From an uncultured Candidatus Bathyarchaeia archaeon (GTDB taxonomy: Archaea; Thermoproteota; Bathyarchaeia; Hecatellales; Hecatellaceae): DNA of 64,000 nt. The notes under the pieces are model-generated. The model was not told where the DNA came from, made no database searches, and was given only the letters and a program-made list of their open reading frames with translations. Position 1 is the stretch's first letter. Every line of letters starts with the position of its first letter. Below are positions 49,025 to 59,012 of this stretch, piece by piece. The position numbers and the translations under genes were made by a program. The stretch spans positions 919 through 64,918 of the forward strand of contig CAZMUQ010000002.1 of assembly GCA_964569845.1 (NCBI GenBank). Reading direction: 5' to 3'.

Positions 49025-49115
49025 TGGTGGGCCGGGCAGGACTCGAACCTGCGACCCTCCGCGCTTCCTGAAAAATTTGTCAGGCGGAGATCCTAACCAT
49101 CTAGACGACCGGCCC
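49025..49115 (-). tRNA. tRNA-Val (anticodon GAC) with 14-nt intron at canonical 37/38 position and encoded CCA
   Basis: Reverse complement reads GGGCCGGUCGUCUAGAUGGUUAGGAUC UCCGC CUGACA[AAUUUUUCAGGAAG]C GCGGA GGGUC GCAGGUUCGAGUCCUGC CCGGCCC A CCA. The CUGA/UCAG helix between loop and intron is consistent with a bulge-helix-bulge splice motif. Confidence 0.75.
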
Positions 49116-49161
49116 ACACTATTCAAGATTTTTAACTATGAAGGTTCTTATAACCTTTTGT

Positions 49162-50490
49162 TTAGGTTAGGTAAGGTAAAACCCAGAAAATTAATGTTAA
49201 GATGTAGCATACAACTAAGGATATAGCTACAAAGGGTATACTATAACTGAAAAATGTTTTTAATGGAATTTTGCCTTCCTCCTTTTCACAAATGTTTAAA
49301 GCAACATATAGAGCAGGTGCGCCTGCAATAGTTGCATTACTTCCAAGCGTTCCAGCCCAAACTAAAGCCCAATAATAAGGCCATGGTTCAATTCCATGGT
49401 GAAATGTCAAATCCTTTATGATGTAGAGAAATGTTAAAATATATGCATCATGTTCAACAATGCTACAAACTGCAGCAGTAAACCAGTATAACACCGTAAC
49501 ACCTACCAGTACATTTTTACCAAGCCAAGGAAAAAGAAAATCAGCAAACATCTTAATTATACCAACATGTTTAATTCCACCAACCATAGAAAAAAGCAGA
49601 ATATAGAAAAATATTGCTCTCCAATCAAGCTCAGCAAGTATTTTCTCAAAGCTTGGCTTATTAATTCTTCCAGCTAAGATTTCAAGAATTAAAGACAAGA
49701 TCACAGCACCAGAAATTGCAATAAAACCAAGAGCTACATTCAGAACCTGCCTAAGAGACATAGCAAAAACTGTAACAATAAACATTAAACATACAATAGA
49801 TGCAAAACGTTTATCCTTAATATTAGCACTTTCATCTTCAAATTTTGAAAAAACAAATTTGCCTGAAAACATCCTTTTAAATCTTAACCAAAAAAATAAA
49901 ATAACTGCAATAAGGGTAATTAGAAGTAAAGGAAAAGATGAAGGCCTACCAAATTGCCATATGAACTCTAAAAATTCTATTCCACTTACACTATGTAACA
50001 TTTGAGGTGGAAGATCTCCTAAAAGCAAAGCAGTACCCATAAAATTTGCACATAATGCAATAAACAGAATAAAAGGTACAGGATTTAGGTTCAATCTTCT
50101 TGTTACATGCAAAATAAGAGGAGACATCATTAAAACAACAACAACATTATCAACAAACATAGAGACAAGAGCTGAAAAAACTCCAAGCATAACTATAAAT
50201 GTTGCAGGATTTCCACCGGAAATTTTTAAAGATTTTATAGCAAGCATCTCCGGTATACCTGACTTGCTAAAATATCCTGCAATAATCCATATACCAATAA
50301 GAATACAGATAACATTCCAATCAACAAACATAAAAGCTTGAACCTCATTCATAACCCCAAAAATAATCATTAAAATAACGCCAAAAAAAGCTACTACAGT
50401 TCTGTCAATAATACCTGAAATAATGATAGCTATTGTTACAAAAAATATTATGACAGCATATATCTGAGTAGCGTCAAGCCCAACCATCAC
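49162..50490 (-). CDS. anion permease (ArsB/NhaD/CitT-like ion transporter superfamily)
   Basis: 442 aa with about 12 TM segments and two internal hydrophobic repeats. Confidence 0.55.
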   Translation of the reverse strand: MMVGLDATQIYAVIIFFVTIAIIISGIIDRTVVAFFGVILMIIFGVMNEVQAFMFVDWNVICILIGIWIIAGYFSKSGIPEMLAIKSLKISGGNPATFIVMLGVFSALVSMFVDNVVVVLMMSPLILHVTRRLNLNPVPFILFIALCANFMGTALLLGDLPPQMLHSVSGIEFLEFIWQFGRPSSFPLLLITLIAVILFFWLRFKRMFSGKFVFSKFEDESANIKDKRFASIVCLMFIVTVFAMSLRQVLNVALGFIAISGAVILSLILEILAGRINKPSFEKILAELDWRAIFFYILLFSMVGGIKHVGIIKMFADFLFPWLGKNVLVGVTVLYWFTAAVCSIVEHDAYILTFLYIIKDLTFHHGIEPWPYYWALVWAGTLGSNATIAGAPALYVALNICEKEEGKIPLKTFFSYSIPFVAISLVVCYILTLIFWVLPYLT

Positions 50491-50584
50491 AGCATCAACC
50501 TAAAAATTGGATAGGAAAAATCTTATAGAAATCCGTAAGGGTAAATTAAAGAGATAAATTTTTCTAACCGCTAGCTTTCTCGTT

Positions 50585-51436
50585 TTAGAAAGTTACTGAT
50601 AAACCACTTTTTAGTAATAGAAATCTTTTTCCAAATGTTTCAGCAAAAAGCTTCATAGCCTCAAACCCTGTACAATGACATGGTGCAACAACTTCAGGGT
50701 TAAACTTTTTAAACTCATTTAAGGTCTGTTCTAACCTTTCTTTTGATGCTCCCTCAAGATGAAAACCACCAATAACTCCATAAACCTTGCTAATTCCAGT
50801 GATTTTTTGTGCATACTTAACTGTATTTACTATTCCAGCATGAGCACAACCAGAAATTATAAGTAATCCTTTATCATCAAGCTTTAAAATTAAAGCTTGA
50901 TCATCAGGTACAATATCCTCCTTGAGTATTCCATCTTTTATGGTCCAGAATCCCTTAACATCCTCAAAACCTGTAGTTCTTTCAATTTCGCCAGTGACAA
51001 CAACATCATCAGTTATCCATACAGGATTTTTTGCTAAAATAAGCCTACCACCAGCTTCCTCAATTTCCGAGGGCTTAAAAGGTATACCTATATACCTGAA
51101 TCTAAAAGCAAACTTTAAGTTAAAAGATTCTGGATGAGCTATAATAGGAACATTTTTTTTCCCTATTCTTTTTAAAGCTGCTATAAGCCCGCCAGTGTGA
51201 TCATAATGGCCATGAGATAAAACTATAGTTTCAACCTTTCCCATATCCAACTTTAAAACATCAAGGTTATAAGAAAAAACATCAGGTGAAGGCCCTGTAT
51301 CCATCAGTAAATTAAGCTTATCATGTTCCCGCTCAATCTCTAAAAGTAATGAAAGCCCATGCTTACCTAAAAGTTCTATGTAGGGTATCCCTGTCAAATT
51401 TTCAACAATACATGTTAATTTAACACTTTTAACCAA
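50585..51436 (-). CDS. MBL-fold metallo-hydrolase
   Basis: 283 aa with LSHGHYDHTGG metal-binding motif. Confidence 0.7.
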   Translation of the reverse strand: MVKSVKLTCIVENLTGIPYIELLGKHGLSLLLEIEREHDKLNLLMDTGPSPDVFSYNLDVLKLDMGKVETIVLSHGHYDHTGGLIAALKRIGKKNVPIIAHPESFNLKFAFRFRYIGIPFKPSEIEEAGGRLILAKNPVWITDDVVVTGEIERTTGFEDVKGFWTIKDGILKEDIVPDDQALILKLDDKGLLIISGCAHAGIVNTVKYAQKITGISKVYGVIGGFHLEGASKERLEQTLNEFKKFNPEVVAPCHCTGFEAMKLFAETFGKRFLLLKSGLSVTF

Positions 51437-51448
51437 GAAAATACACCT

Positions 51449-52078
51449 CTAAATCCTGAAAGTTTGACCATACTTTTTAAACCAATTATAATATAGCTTA
51501 GTAGCTATATTAATCTGATTAGGATACTTTCTTAACCACCTATCTAAAATTTCGTTATAACTCCTAGCTTCACCTAGATCTTTTAAAAGTTCTAAAACTG
51601 TTTCTTCTGCTTCAGCAGAAAATTTGCAGCAAACTTCTAGAACTAAACTAAGCTTAAAATGGTAGATGGAAAGAAGATGCGGAGATATAGATCCTATCAA
51701 AACTCCATTTTTAATTTCAACTAATGGGGGGACATTTTTCTTAGCAAGTCTTTGCGGATCTGTGAGAACATTGTAAGCAGATTTCCTATAACAATGTAAC
51801 TCGACGTAGATATCAGGGTTATATTTTTGAATTAACTTTAAAAGACGCTTACCTTCTAAGGTTTTATAATAGGCTTCTTTAAGCGTACTTATGTACTTAC
51901 TTCTATTGCTATGAGTAATTTTTGGGATAATAATGATTTTACCATAGGCGTTCGTCATACCATTCATAATAAACTTTTTAAGTATAGGCTTAGTAACCTT
52001 CCATTCTTTTCCATGTAAACCTCCCACAAAAAGTTTAGTTAAATCAGGATACCTTGACCGGAGAACATAAATCTCCAT
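51449..52078 (-). CDS. hypothetical protein
   Basis: 209 aa with no clear motif (GGLHGKEW only). Confidence 0.35.
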   Translation of the reverse strand: MEIYVLRSRYPDLTKLFVGGLHGKEWKVTKPILKKFIMNGMTNAYGKIIIIPKITHSNRSKYISTLKEAYYKTLEGKRLLKLIQKYNPDIYVELHCYRKSAYNVLTDPQRLAKKNVPPLVEIKNGVLIGSISPHLLSIYHFKLSLVLEVCCKFSAEAEETVLELLKDLGEARSYNEILDRWLRKYPNQINIATKLYYNWFKKYGQTFRI

Positions 52079-52146
52079 TTTTTATCTCACAAAGAAATTA
52101 AAGAAAAAAGAAAAATTAAGATTTTAGGATTAAAACGTACAGCAAA

Positions 52147-53304
52147 CTAAATTTCAGATAAACTATTAGCGCTAAATCTTCTTTTAATTTTTGAACGCCT
52201 TTTTAATGCAAGCTTTTTGATTCTATTAGAAATTAAGTCATAAATTGAGGGGAGGTCCCAGCCAGATTCTGAGAATTTAAAAAACTTTTTTGGTGTTCTT
52301 ATTGTTACATTAACTTCGTATCTCCTTCTTTCTCCACCAATTCTTGTTGTTTTAATTACTGATGAAGCTTCTTCAATATAAGGGAAGACTTTTTTAATCA
52401 TATTTATAGCTCTAACAAATTTTGCTTTTGCAGCTTCAGCTTCAAATGCATTATCAGGTAAACCGATAATATACACTGGAACTTCTGGTTCTCCAGCTTT
52501 GGTAATTAAACTTAAGACATTATGAAAACTTATTATCCCTTGAACCTCATCCCAGAGAGTTATAATAGCGTAATCTTTTTCCTGAGTTAACATTGCATTT
52601 ACTATGGGGCGAAGTTCATCATTAACATTAAACATCAAAACATTTGTTTCAGCTAAGTCTTTTACAGGGAAATTCATCTTTTTTAAACCCTCAAACCCTC
52701 TTGCACCTAACTTAGGACCCTCAGAAGGAATAACTGTAGAAGCTAAGTTTATCGATGTTAATACCCCGTGAAAGGCTTTATTAACTGATGAAATTACAGG
52801 TAAGTAATCAACTTCATTTTTAATTATTAAATTCTTAGCTTTAGCCGCTGAATCATTTTCATAAATTACTGGAAGATTTCGACTCATAACATCATCAGCA
52901 TTATAATCTAGAATAGTTTTTTTAAGATTCATAACCTGTGAAACAACTGTTGAAACATTCACAACACCAATAAGTTTTTCATCTTCAAAAACAGGTAAAC
53001 TATGAAGCCTATGTTTTAACATTAATTCAATAGCATTGTAAATTTTTGTTTCAGAAGTAACTGTTGGCATTAATATAGCAGTTGACAACACTTTTGCTTC
53101 AGGATTTAAAGTTGATAAAACATTTTTAGCAGTTACACCATAAACTTTCCCATTAATAACCGTGAAAACTTCATAAACATTATAAGTTCTGAAAAGGCTT
53201 ACCACTTTAGAAATGAGTGTAGATGGTGAAACTGTAATAGGATTCGTTTGGATTCTACCAACCTCAGAATTTAAGAAGCTTTCCAAAAAGAAAAAACACC
53301 CCAA
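52147..53304 (-). CDS. CBS-domain protein (multiple CBS pairs)
   Basis: 385 aa with four CBS-like repeats (e.g. GVVNVSTVV, ISFHNVLSL). Confidence 0.6.
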   Translation of the reverse strand: MGCFFFLESFLNSEVGRIQTNPITVSPSTLISKVVSLFRTYNVYEVFTVINGKVYGVTAKNVLSTLNPEAKVLSTAILMPTVTSETKIYNAIELMLKHRLHSLPVFEDEKLIGVVNVSTVVSQVMNLKKTILDYNADDVMSRNLPVIYENDSAAKAKNLIIKNEVDYLPVISSVNKAFHGVLTSINLASTVIPSEGPKLGARGFEGLKKMNFPVKDLAETNVLMFNVNDELRPIVNAMLTQEKDYAIITLWDEVQGIISFHNVLSLITKAGEPEVPVYIIGLPDNAFEAEAAKAKFVRAINMIKKVFPYIEEASSVIKTTRIGGERRRYEVNVTIRTPKKFFKFSESGWDLPSIYDLISNRIKKLALKRRSKIKRRFSANSLSEI

Positions 53305-53500
53305 ATTATAGATGGAAGGTTGAATTAGAGCCCTAACAATGGAATATGCTTACTAAAATAAAAACATAAGCCTTAACTTTTAACGCACCCTTCATCTCTG
53401 CAATGGTTCATCAGTTTTCAGGCCGTCCATCGCTAATCATCAGGGTTTTACGTAAGTTAAGGCTTCTAAAATTTTAGAAGCTTAAGATAATAGATAAGTT

Positions 53501-54436
53501 TTGATGTTAAAGAGCCTAAAGATAATTATTCCAGCAGATAAGATAAAAGGCTCATTAAATCTTGAACTTACAATGGAAAGTAAACAGTTCACAAATTCAA
53601 ATTGGAAAAAAGTAGGTAAGAGTTATAGGAAAGCTCTTAAAGTTGATAATAAATCAATTGTAGGTTTAGAAGTTAAACAGCATGGTTCTACTGATGAACC
53701 CCAACTACATGTTAACGTATTTTATGTAGATAAAAAGCCAGAAAATCTTGATGATTTTATTATGAAGAAAATTTTTTATGAGTTTGGTTTAAGCTACAAT
53801 TTAGATGATGTTTATAATGAGCTTAAAGATGATCCTGTAGCAAAAAATCTTATAACTGAGTATAAGGGGCTTAGACTTATAAGATATTTTGATGTTGAAG
53901 AATGTTTAATAACATACCAGCTTTCGGCAAATACCTTAATAAGTAGGCTTGAACAGATGCTTGAAGCCTTAAAGCAAAAACTTGGATTAAGCTTTAAATT
54001 TAAAGATGGCTTAATCCTAAACAGTTTTCCAACCTTAGAGCAGATTTTAGGTTTAAGTTTGAAAAAACTTTATAGTTGTAAGCTAGGGTATAAAGCTAAA
54101 TTCCTCCTAGAACTTGCAAAAAAGTATAGTAGAGAAAAAATTGACTGGAAAATGTTGGAGAAATTAAACATTAGGGAAGCCAGAAGAAGACTTATGATGT
54201 TTCCAGGTGTTGGTTTAAAAGTTGCTGATGCTGTTTTGCTTTATGGCTTGGGTAGAACTGAAACATTTCCAATAGATATTTGGGTTAGGCGAGCAATTGT
54301 GAACCTTTATGGGTTAAGCAAGGAGCTAAGCTATATTAAGCTACAAAACTTTATTTTAGAAAAATTTGGGAAATATTCAGGATACCTTACACCCTACTTT
54401 TTTTATCACTCAAGAAGGATGTTTAAACATCAATAA
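53501..54436 (+). CDS. HhH-GPD DNA glycosylase (8-oxoguanine glycosylase Ogg-like)
   Basis: 311 aa with MMFPGVGLKVADAVLLYGLGRTETFPIDIWVRRA helix-hairpin-helix/GPD motif with catalytic Lys and Asp. Confidence 0.7.
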   Translation: MMLKSLKIIIPADKIKGSLNLELTMESKQFTNSNWKKVGKSYRKALKVDNKSIVGLEVKQHGSTDEPQLHVNVFYVDKKPENLDDFIMKKIFYEFGLSYNLDDVYNELKDDPVAKNLITEYKGLRLIRYFDVEECLITYQLSANTLISRLEQMLEALKQKLGLSFKFKDGLILNSFPTLEQILGLSLKKLYSCKLGYKAKFLLELAKKYSREKIDWKMLEKLNIREARRRLMMFPGVGLKVADAVLLYGLGRTETFPIDIWVRRAIVNLYGLSKELSYIKLQNFILEKFGKYSGYLTPYFFYHSRRMFKHQ

Positions 54437-54445
54437 GATTTTACT

Positions 54446-55237
54446 TTAGATTAACTCTTCAGGAATTTTATTTGGCTTATAAGCTATTTTAGGTTTAATT
54501 CCAGATTTCCTCAACCTTTCAACAACATGGGGATATAGAAACACGTATTCTTCTTCAACTTCTTCTACAAGTTTTTTATCTATATCCATAAGAATCTCCA
54601 ATAAATTTTGAAACTCTCTTTTAGAGCTAAAGGATAACATTACCGCAGGATGACATGAAACACCGTAGTCAAGTAGATTTTTTAATGCTTTAAGTTGGAG
54701 ATTAAATGCTTCAGGTTTAGCCCCGGTTAACATGGAAAATTGTTGGTCATTTACACCTTTAAGGGAAACCCTAACATGAATGCAGCTAAATTTTGAAAGC
54801 TCTTTAGCGTAACTTAGATCGTAACCTATAAGTATTCCATTTGTTTCAAGGATGAAACTATAGTTTGATTGTTCAACAAGTTCAAGTAACTTAAGTAAAT
54901 GCTCTTTTCCTATTGTAGGTTCATTACCACTAATTCTTAAAAGACTATAGTTAAACTTTTTAGCACAAGCATCAAGTTTGCTAAAGATGTACTCAGCACT
55001 GTAAAAATTCCCTACTTTACCTGGATTATCCCTAGGATAATTACTCCAGCAAAAAACACATTTTAGGCAGCATCCGCAACAATGCCGACCAGTTAATGGT
55101 TATCGGCTGTTGCGATGCCACCATACCACCTACCACCACGAGCAACCCGATAATACTTTCTTTCTAAACCTTTACACACAATTTTCTCAAGATCTTCAGC
55201 ACGTTTTACAGGGTCATACAGCTTTTTAAACACCTCC
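54446..55237 (-). pseudogene. radical SAM enzyme (PFL-activase-like), reading frame interrupted
   Basis: In-frame with track ORF 54446..54733 the upstream translation gives CCGCCLKCVFCWSNY (CxxxCxxC cluster motif)...ISGNEP...ETNG. The further N-terminal piece (LEVFKKLYDP...RWYGGIATADNH-stop) lies in another frame. The junction coincides with an imperfect inverted repeat at 55070-55118. No ATG start is present. Confidence 0.5.
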
Positions 55238-55316
55238 AAAAAAACACTAAGTTAAAAGTTAGAACATAAAATTTAATATATGTTGCTATATCTTGCTAGA
55301 AGTAGGAATAAATTAA

Positions 55317-56036
55317 CTAAGTCTTTTCTTTTAATAAACCTAAACGCTTTAACGTTTTTACCGCATCTGAAAGCTGATAATTTTCTGCAACAATCCAACC
55401 ATTATATCCCATTACTTCAAGCTTCTTTAAGAAAATACTCCAGTTTATACTTCCATCATAAGCTGCAAGATGTTCATCCTTCTCCCCATGATTATCATGA
55501 ACATGTATATGTTTAATCCTTGGAAGTTTATCTAAGAACTCTTCAAGATTTCCCGTAATATGTGCATGACCAGTATCAAGGCAAATACCAACATTATCAA
55601 CATTCCCTACAATTTTAACACCATCATTTATGGTAAGAAAAAGCGCAAAGCCTCCAACCATGTTTTCTACAACCATCTGAATACCAAGATTATTAGCTTC
55701 TTTTGCAAGTAAGTTGAGAGATCTTAAATGTGCTTTCCAACCTTCCTCTGGAAAGTAGTAACTAAAAGGTGTAAATCTTCCGGGATGAACAACCCATATG
55801 GAAGCCTCAATTTTGTAAGCCTTTCTGAGGGAGTTTAACATGAACCTTATAAAACGGTTACAAAGGTTTTGGTCAACTTCTGCAAGATTTATGCTTGAAA
55901 AGGGAGCATGTACAGCATACCTAATTCTTCTTGTTGATGAAAGCTCAATAAGGCTTTTTATCAACTTATTATCAAGCTTATGGAAACCTTCATCAATTAT
56001 TTCCCAGTTTTTAATATGTTCACAGTTTTCTATCAC
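55317..56036 (-). CDS. xylose-isomerase-like TIM-barrel protein (sugar phosphate isomerase/epimerase family)
   Basis: 239 aa with metal-ligand pattern VHAPF...HPG...HIHVHDN...E. Confidence 0.55.
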   Translation of the reverse strand: MIENCEHIKNWEIIDEGFHKLDNKLIKSLIELSSTRRIRYAVHAPFSSINLAEVDQNLCNRFIRFMLNSLRKAYKIEASIWVVHPGRFTPFSYYFPEEGWKAHLRSLNLLAKEANNLGIQMVVENMVGGFALFLTINDGVKIVGNVDNVGICLDTGHAHITGNLEEFLDKLPRIKHIHVHDNHGEKDEHLAAYDGSINWSIFLKKLEVMGYNGWIVAENYQLSDAVKTLKRLGLLKEKT

Positions 56037-56114
56037 TTTAACAATGTTTTTATCCTTATCCTTGTAAGATACTAATGTTGAAATTGCAGGTTTTAGAGTC
56101 AGTTTGACATCACC

Positions 56115-57299
56115 CTACTTTTTTAAGTGAATTTCTACAATATCACCATCCATTAAAACATGACTTGAGCCCACTTTTTCTCCATCATACTTAGCTGATA
56201 AACCCCAAACCTTAGCATAACTAAATTTTTCGTAAAGTTCACTATGAATTTCTCTTGCCACGTCAAGAACTGTTGAACCTTTTCTTACAATTATAGGTTT
56301 ATCGCTTTTTTCTTTTTTACCAGGAGGCTTAGTATAAACTCTTATTATTTCAAGAGTTCTAAAAATTTTAGAACCAAGCATATCCAAGCCTTCTCCTGTT
56401 ACACAGGAGGTGGGAAGAATCTTATTTACATCCTTAATTAATACCTTTAAATTCTCTAATTTTTCCTTTGAACCCTCAACATCAATCTTGTTTGCTAATA
56501 CCAGTGTCGGTTTATAAACTACTTCACCAAAAATAGCCTCTTCAACATCATCAATTGAAGCTTCACCGTAAATCTTTACAACAGCATTGTAAATACCATA
56601 ACTGTTAAGTAACTTTTTAATCTCATCATAAGTTGAATCTATAACACGCCCAACAATTTGGATTCCAATATTTACAGGCTTTTTCTCAATAGTAACATAA
56701 GCTTTAGGTTTCTCTATACTTACATTTAGGTTATCAAGCATATGGATAATAAACTCATATTGCCAACAAGCATCCTCCTCAAGATTTAAAACAAAAATTA
56801 ATCCATCAGCATTCCTAGCAAGGCTTGCAACACGTCTATTCCAGCTTTCAGCTTCAAAAGGCTTAAAGCTTGGAGCTTCAACAAGCTGAAAACTTATATC
56901 TTTAAATGGAAGCATACCAGCTACAGGTTCTGTTGTAGTGTAAGGATATGGTGAGATAGCTGGTTTAGCATTTGTAACCTTTGAAATTATACTGCTCTTT
57001 CCAGATTTGGTTAAGCCTAAAAGAAGTAATTGAGCAGCACCGTGTTTTTCAACAAACCATCCCAAGCTAGCCCTACTAATCTTTTTATGCTTTTTCTCCT
57101 CCTCAATTTGAGCTTTAAGCTTAGCAATTTGCTTTTTAATATTCATGCAAAGTTTTTCTGTTCCCTTATGCTTAGGAATCATAGAGTAAAATACCTGTAA
57201 ATTCTCTAACTTCTCCTGAAGACTTCTAGATTGTAAAACTTTCTTATATTGAGCTAAACAATTTGGCGGTAAATTTGCAGGGATAAAAAATCCCCCCAA
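56115..57299 (-). CDS. developmentally regulated GTP-binding protein (DRG/Obg-like) with TGS domain
   Basis: 394 aa with G1 GLTKSGKSS, G3, and C-terminal TGS (VLMDGDIVEI). Confidence 0.8.
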   Translation of the reverse strand: MGGFFIPANLPPNCLAQYKKVLQSRSLQEKLENLQVFYSMIPKHKGTEKLCMNIKKQIAKLKAQIEEEKKHKKISRASLGWFVEKHGAAQLLLLGLTKSGKSSIISKVTNAKPAISPYPYTTTEPVAGMLPFKDISFQLVEAPSFKPFEAESWNRRVASLARNADGLIFVLNLEEDACWQYEFIIHMLDNLNVSIEKPKAYVTIEKKPVNIGIQIVGRVIDSTYDEIKKLLNSYGIYNAVVKIYGEASIDDVEEAIFGEVVYKPTLVLANKIDVEGSKEKLENLKVLIKDVNKILPTSCVTGEGLDMLGSKIFRTLEIIRVYTKPPGKKEKSDKPIIVRKGSTVLDVAREIHSELYEKFSYAKVWGLSAKYDGEKVGSSHVLMDGDIVEIHLKK

Positions 57300-57303
57300 A
57301 TGT

Positions 57304-58623
57304 TTAAACTGTTAACTTTGATGAGTATTCTCCAACAAGATTTAGAAGCATAATCTCCTTAACTTCATCAGGATTTTTTGTTTGTCCAAAAGCCCACATC
57401 ATTTTTACTAAAGCTGTTTCAGGAAGCATATCTCCAAGTGGAATAACACCTAAACTAAGTAAGTCTCTCCCAGTATCGTAAACCGTCATTCTTACATTAC
57501 CCCAAATACATTGAGAAGTCATACCTACAACCATACCAGCTTCAACGGCTTTTCTAATACTTTCAAAACAGCTTTTACTTACATGCCCTAACCCTGTACC
57601 TTCGAAAACTATTCCAAAATACTTTCTCTCAACAAGCCACTCTACAATTTGAGGGTTAAACCCAGGATGAAACTTTAGTAATGCAACCTTTTCCTCAAAA
57701 TTTGGTTTAAGTTTAAGATTTTTATCTAAGCTTCTTACTATGTAATCATCAGTAAGCATCCGAATTTCTCCGTTAGAAACCCTAGCTAAAGGTTTTGCAT
57801 TTATTGATTTAAAGGCATCCCTCCGGCTTGTATGACACTTCCTAACTTTAACACCTCTATGAATAAGAATTGAATCATCTGATATTGATTCATGCATAGC
57901 AACAACAACTTCAGCAAAAGGTGCGTAAGCTGCAACTCTAACTGCACCTATAAGATTTAAAGCTGCATCTGAACTTGGACGATCAGAAGACCTTTGAGAA
58001 CCAACAAGAACAACGGGTACTGGAAGATTTTGAAGAGCAAAACTTAAAGCTGCAGCTGTATAACCCATAGTATCTGTTCCATGAGCAATAACAATGCCAT
58101 CAACATTTTCCTCTAAAATTGTTTTACCAATAGCTTTTGCAATTTCACACCAATGTCTGGGCTCCATATTTTCACTAAAAATGCTAAGTAAAACATCAGT
58201 TCTTATTTCAGCTATACTTGAAAGTTCAGGTACAGCTCTGTAGAGGTCTTCTGTGGTAAGAGATGGATAAACAGCTCCTGTCCTATACTCAACTTTACTA
58301 GCAATAGTTCCACCTGTCCCAATAATTAAAACTGATGGTAAACCTTCCTTCTTTAAAACTTCAACACTAACAGTTTTATCTTGAGGCTTTCTTTCAACCT
58401 CAATTTTTTCAACTTCAACATTACCTTTAACCTTAATTCCAATATTGTATCCATTTGAAAGTTTTAAAATTATGTGACTAGGATTCCCAAGCCCAATTCT
58501 AGGCATAAGCATTCCTTCAAAAATTTCACCATCTCTTATAACCCGAATATTATCCCCAATTTTTACATCAGCCTTCTTTAAGACTTCTAAAGCTAAACCA
58601 GTATACCCATGAAGATTCTCCAT
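57304..58623 (-). CDS. gatD: Glu-tRNA(Gln) amidotransferase subunit D
   Basis: 439 aa. N-terminal GatD-specific domain plus L-asparaginase-type domain (IIGTGGTIAS, HGTDTM). Confidence 0.85.
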   Translation of the reverse strand: MENLHGYTGLALEVLKKADVKIGDNIRVIRDGEIFEGMLMPRIGLGNPSHIILKLSNGYNIGIKVKGNVEVEKIEVERKPQDKTVSVEVLKKEGLPSVLIIGTGGTIASKVEYRTGAVYPSLTTEDLYRAVPELSSIAEIRTDVLLSIFSENMEPRHWCEIAKAIGKTILEENVDGIVIAHGTDTMGYTAAALSFALQNLPVPVVLVGSQRSSDRPSSDAALNLIGAVRVAAYAPFAEVVVAMHESISDDSILIHRGVKVRKCHTSRRDAFKSINAKPLARVSNGEIRMLTDDYIVRSLDKNLKLKPNFEEKVALLKFHPGFNPQIVEWLVERKYFGIVFEGTGLGHVSKSCFESIRKAVEAGMVVGMTSQCIWGNVRMTVYDTGRDLLSLGVIPLGDMLPETALVKMMWAFGQTKNPDEVKEIMLLNLVGEYSSKLTV

Positions 58624-58693
58624 ACCTCTTCCACCATAAACCTATTTTTCCTACTAACTTTTAAGAATACTGTAAAATTTAAAATAAAAACAT

Positions 58694-58956
58694 ATTAGAG
58701 TATAAGCTTTGTAGCATCAACTTTAACTTTCAAAAAACCAAGTTCTTCTAAACCCTTAATTGCAGCCCCAAGCACATCCATAAGCTGAGGTTCTCTTGGT
58801 ACTAAAACCTTCGTATCTAATTTTTCTTCAAGTGCACACATAACCCCCTAGATTTTTTGCCACCCCACCGCAAACTACTATTGGTGTTTTTAATCCTATT
58901 TGACCAACAAGTTTAGTTGTTTCAAGCCTGTTTAAACGGTATTCTTTACTATTCAT
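58694..58956 (-). pseudogene. C-terminal remnant of a BadF/BadG/BcrA/HgdC-type ATPase (CoA-substrate-specific enzyme activase), frameshifted
   Basis: Two frames joined at a C5 run (58844-58848) give ...PIVVCGGVAKNLGG / VMCALEEKLDTKVLVPREPQLMDVLGAAIKGLEE, the characteristic C-terminus of actin-fold activases. The N-terminal ~170 aa are missing. Confidence 0.45.
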
Positions 58957-59012
58957 CCTATCTACCTTCTCCTTAAAGATTCTGTAAATGCTCGAAGTTT
59001 AATCTTACTGTT

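Noticed and set aside
56115-58623. Expected gatE next to gatD
   Set aside because: The neighbouring gene is a DRG GTPase and the other flank holds pseudogene remnants. gatE must be elsewhere; absence is noted, not a feature.
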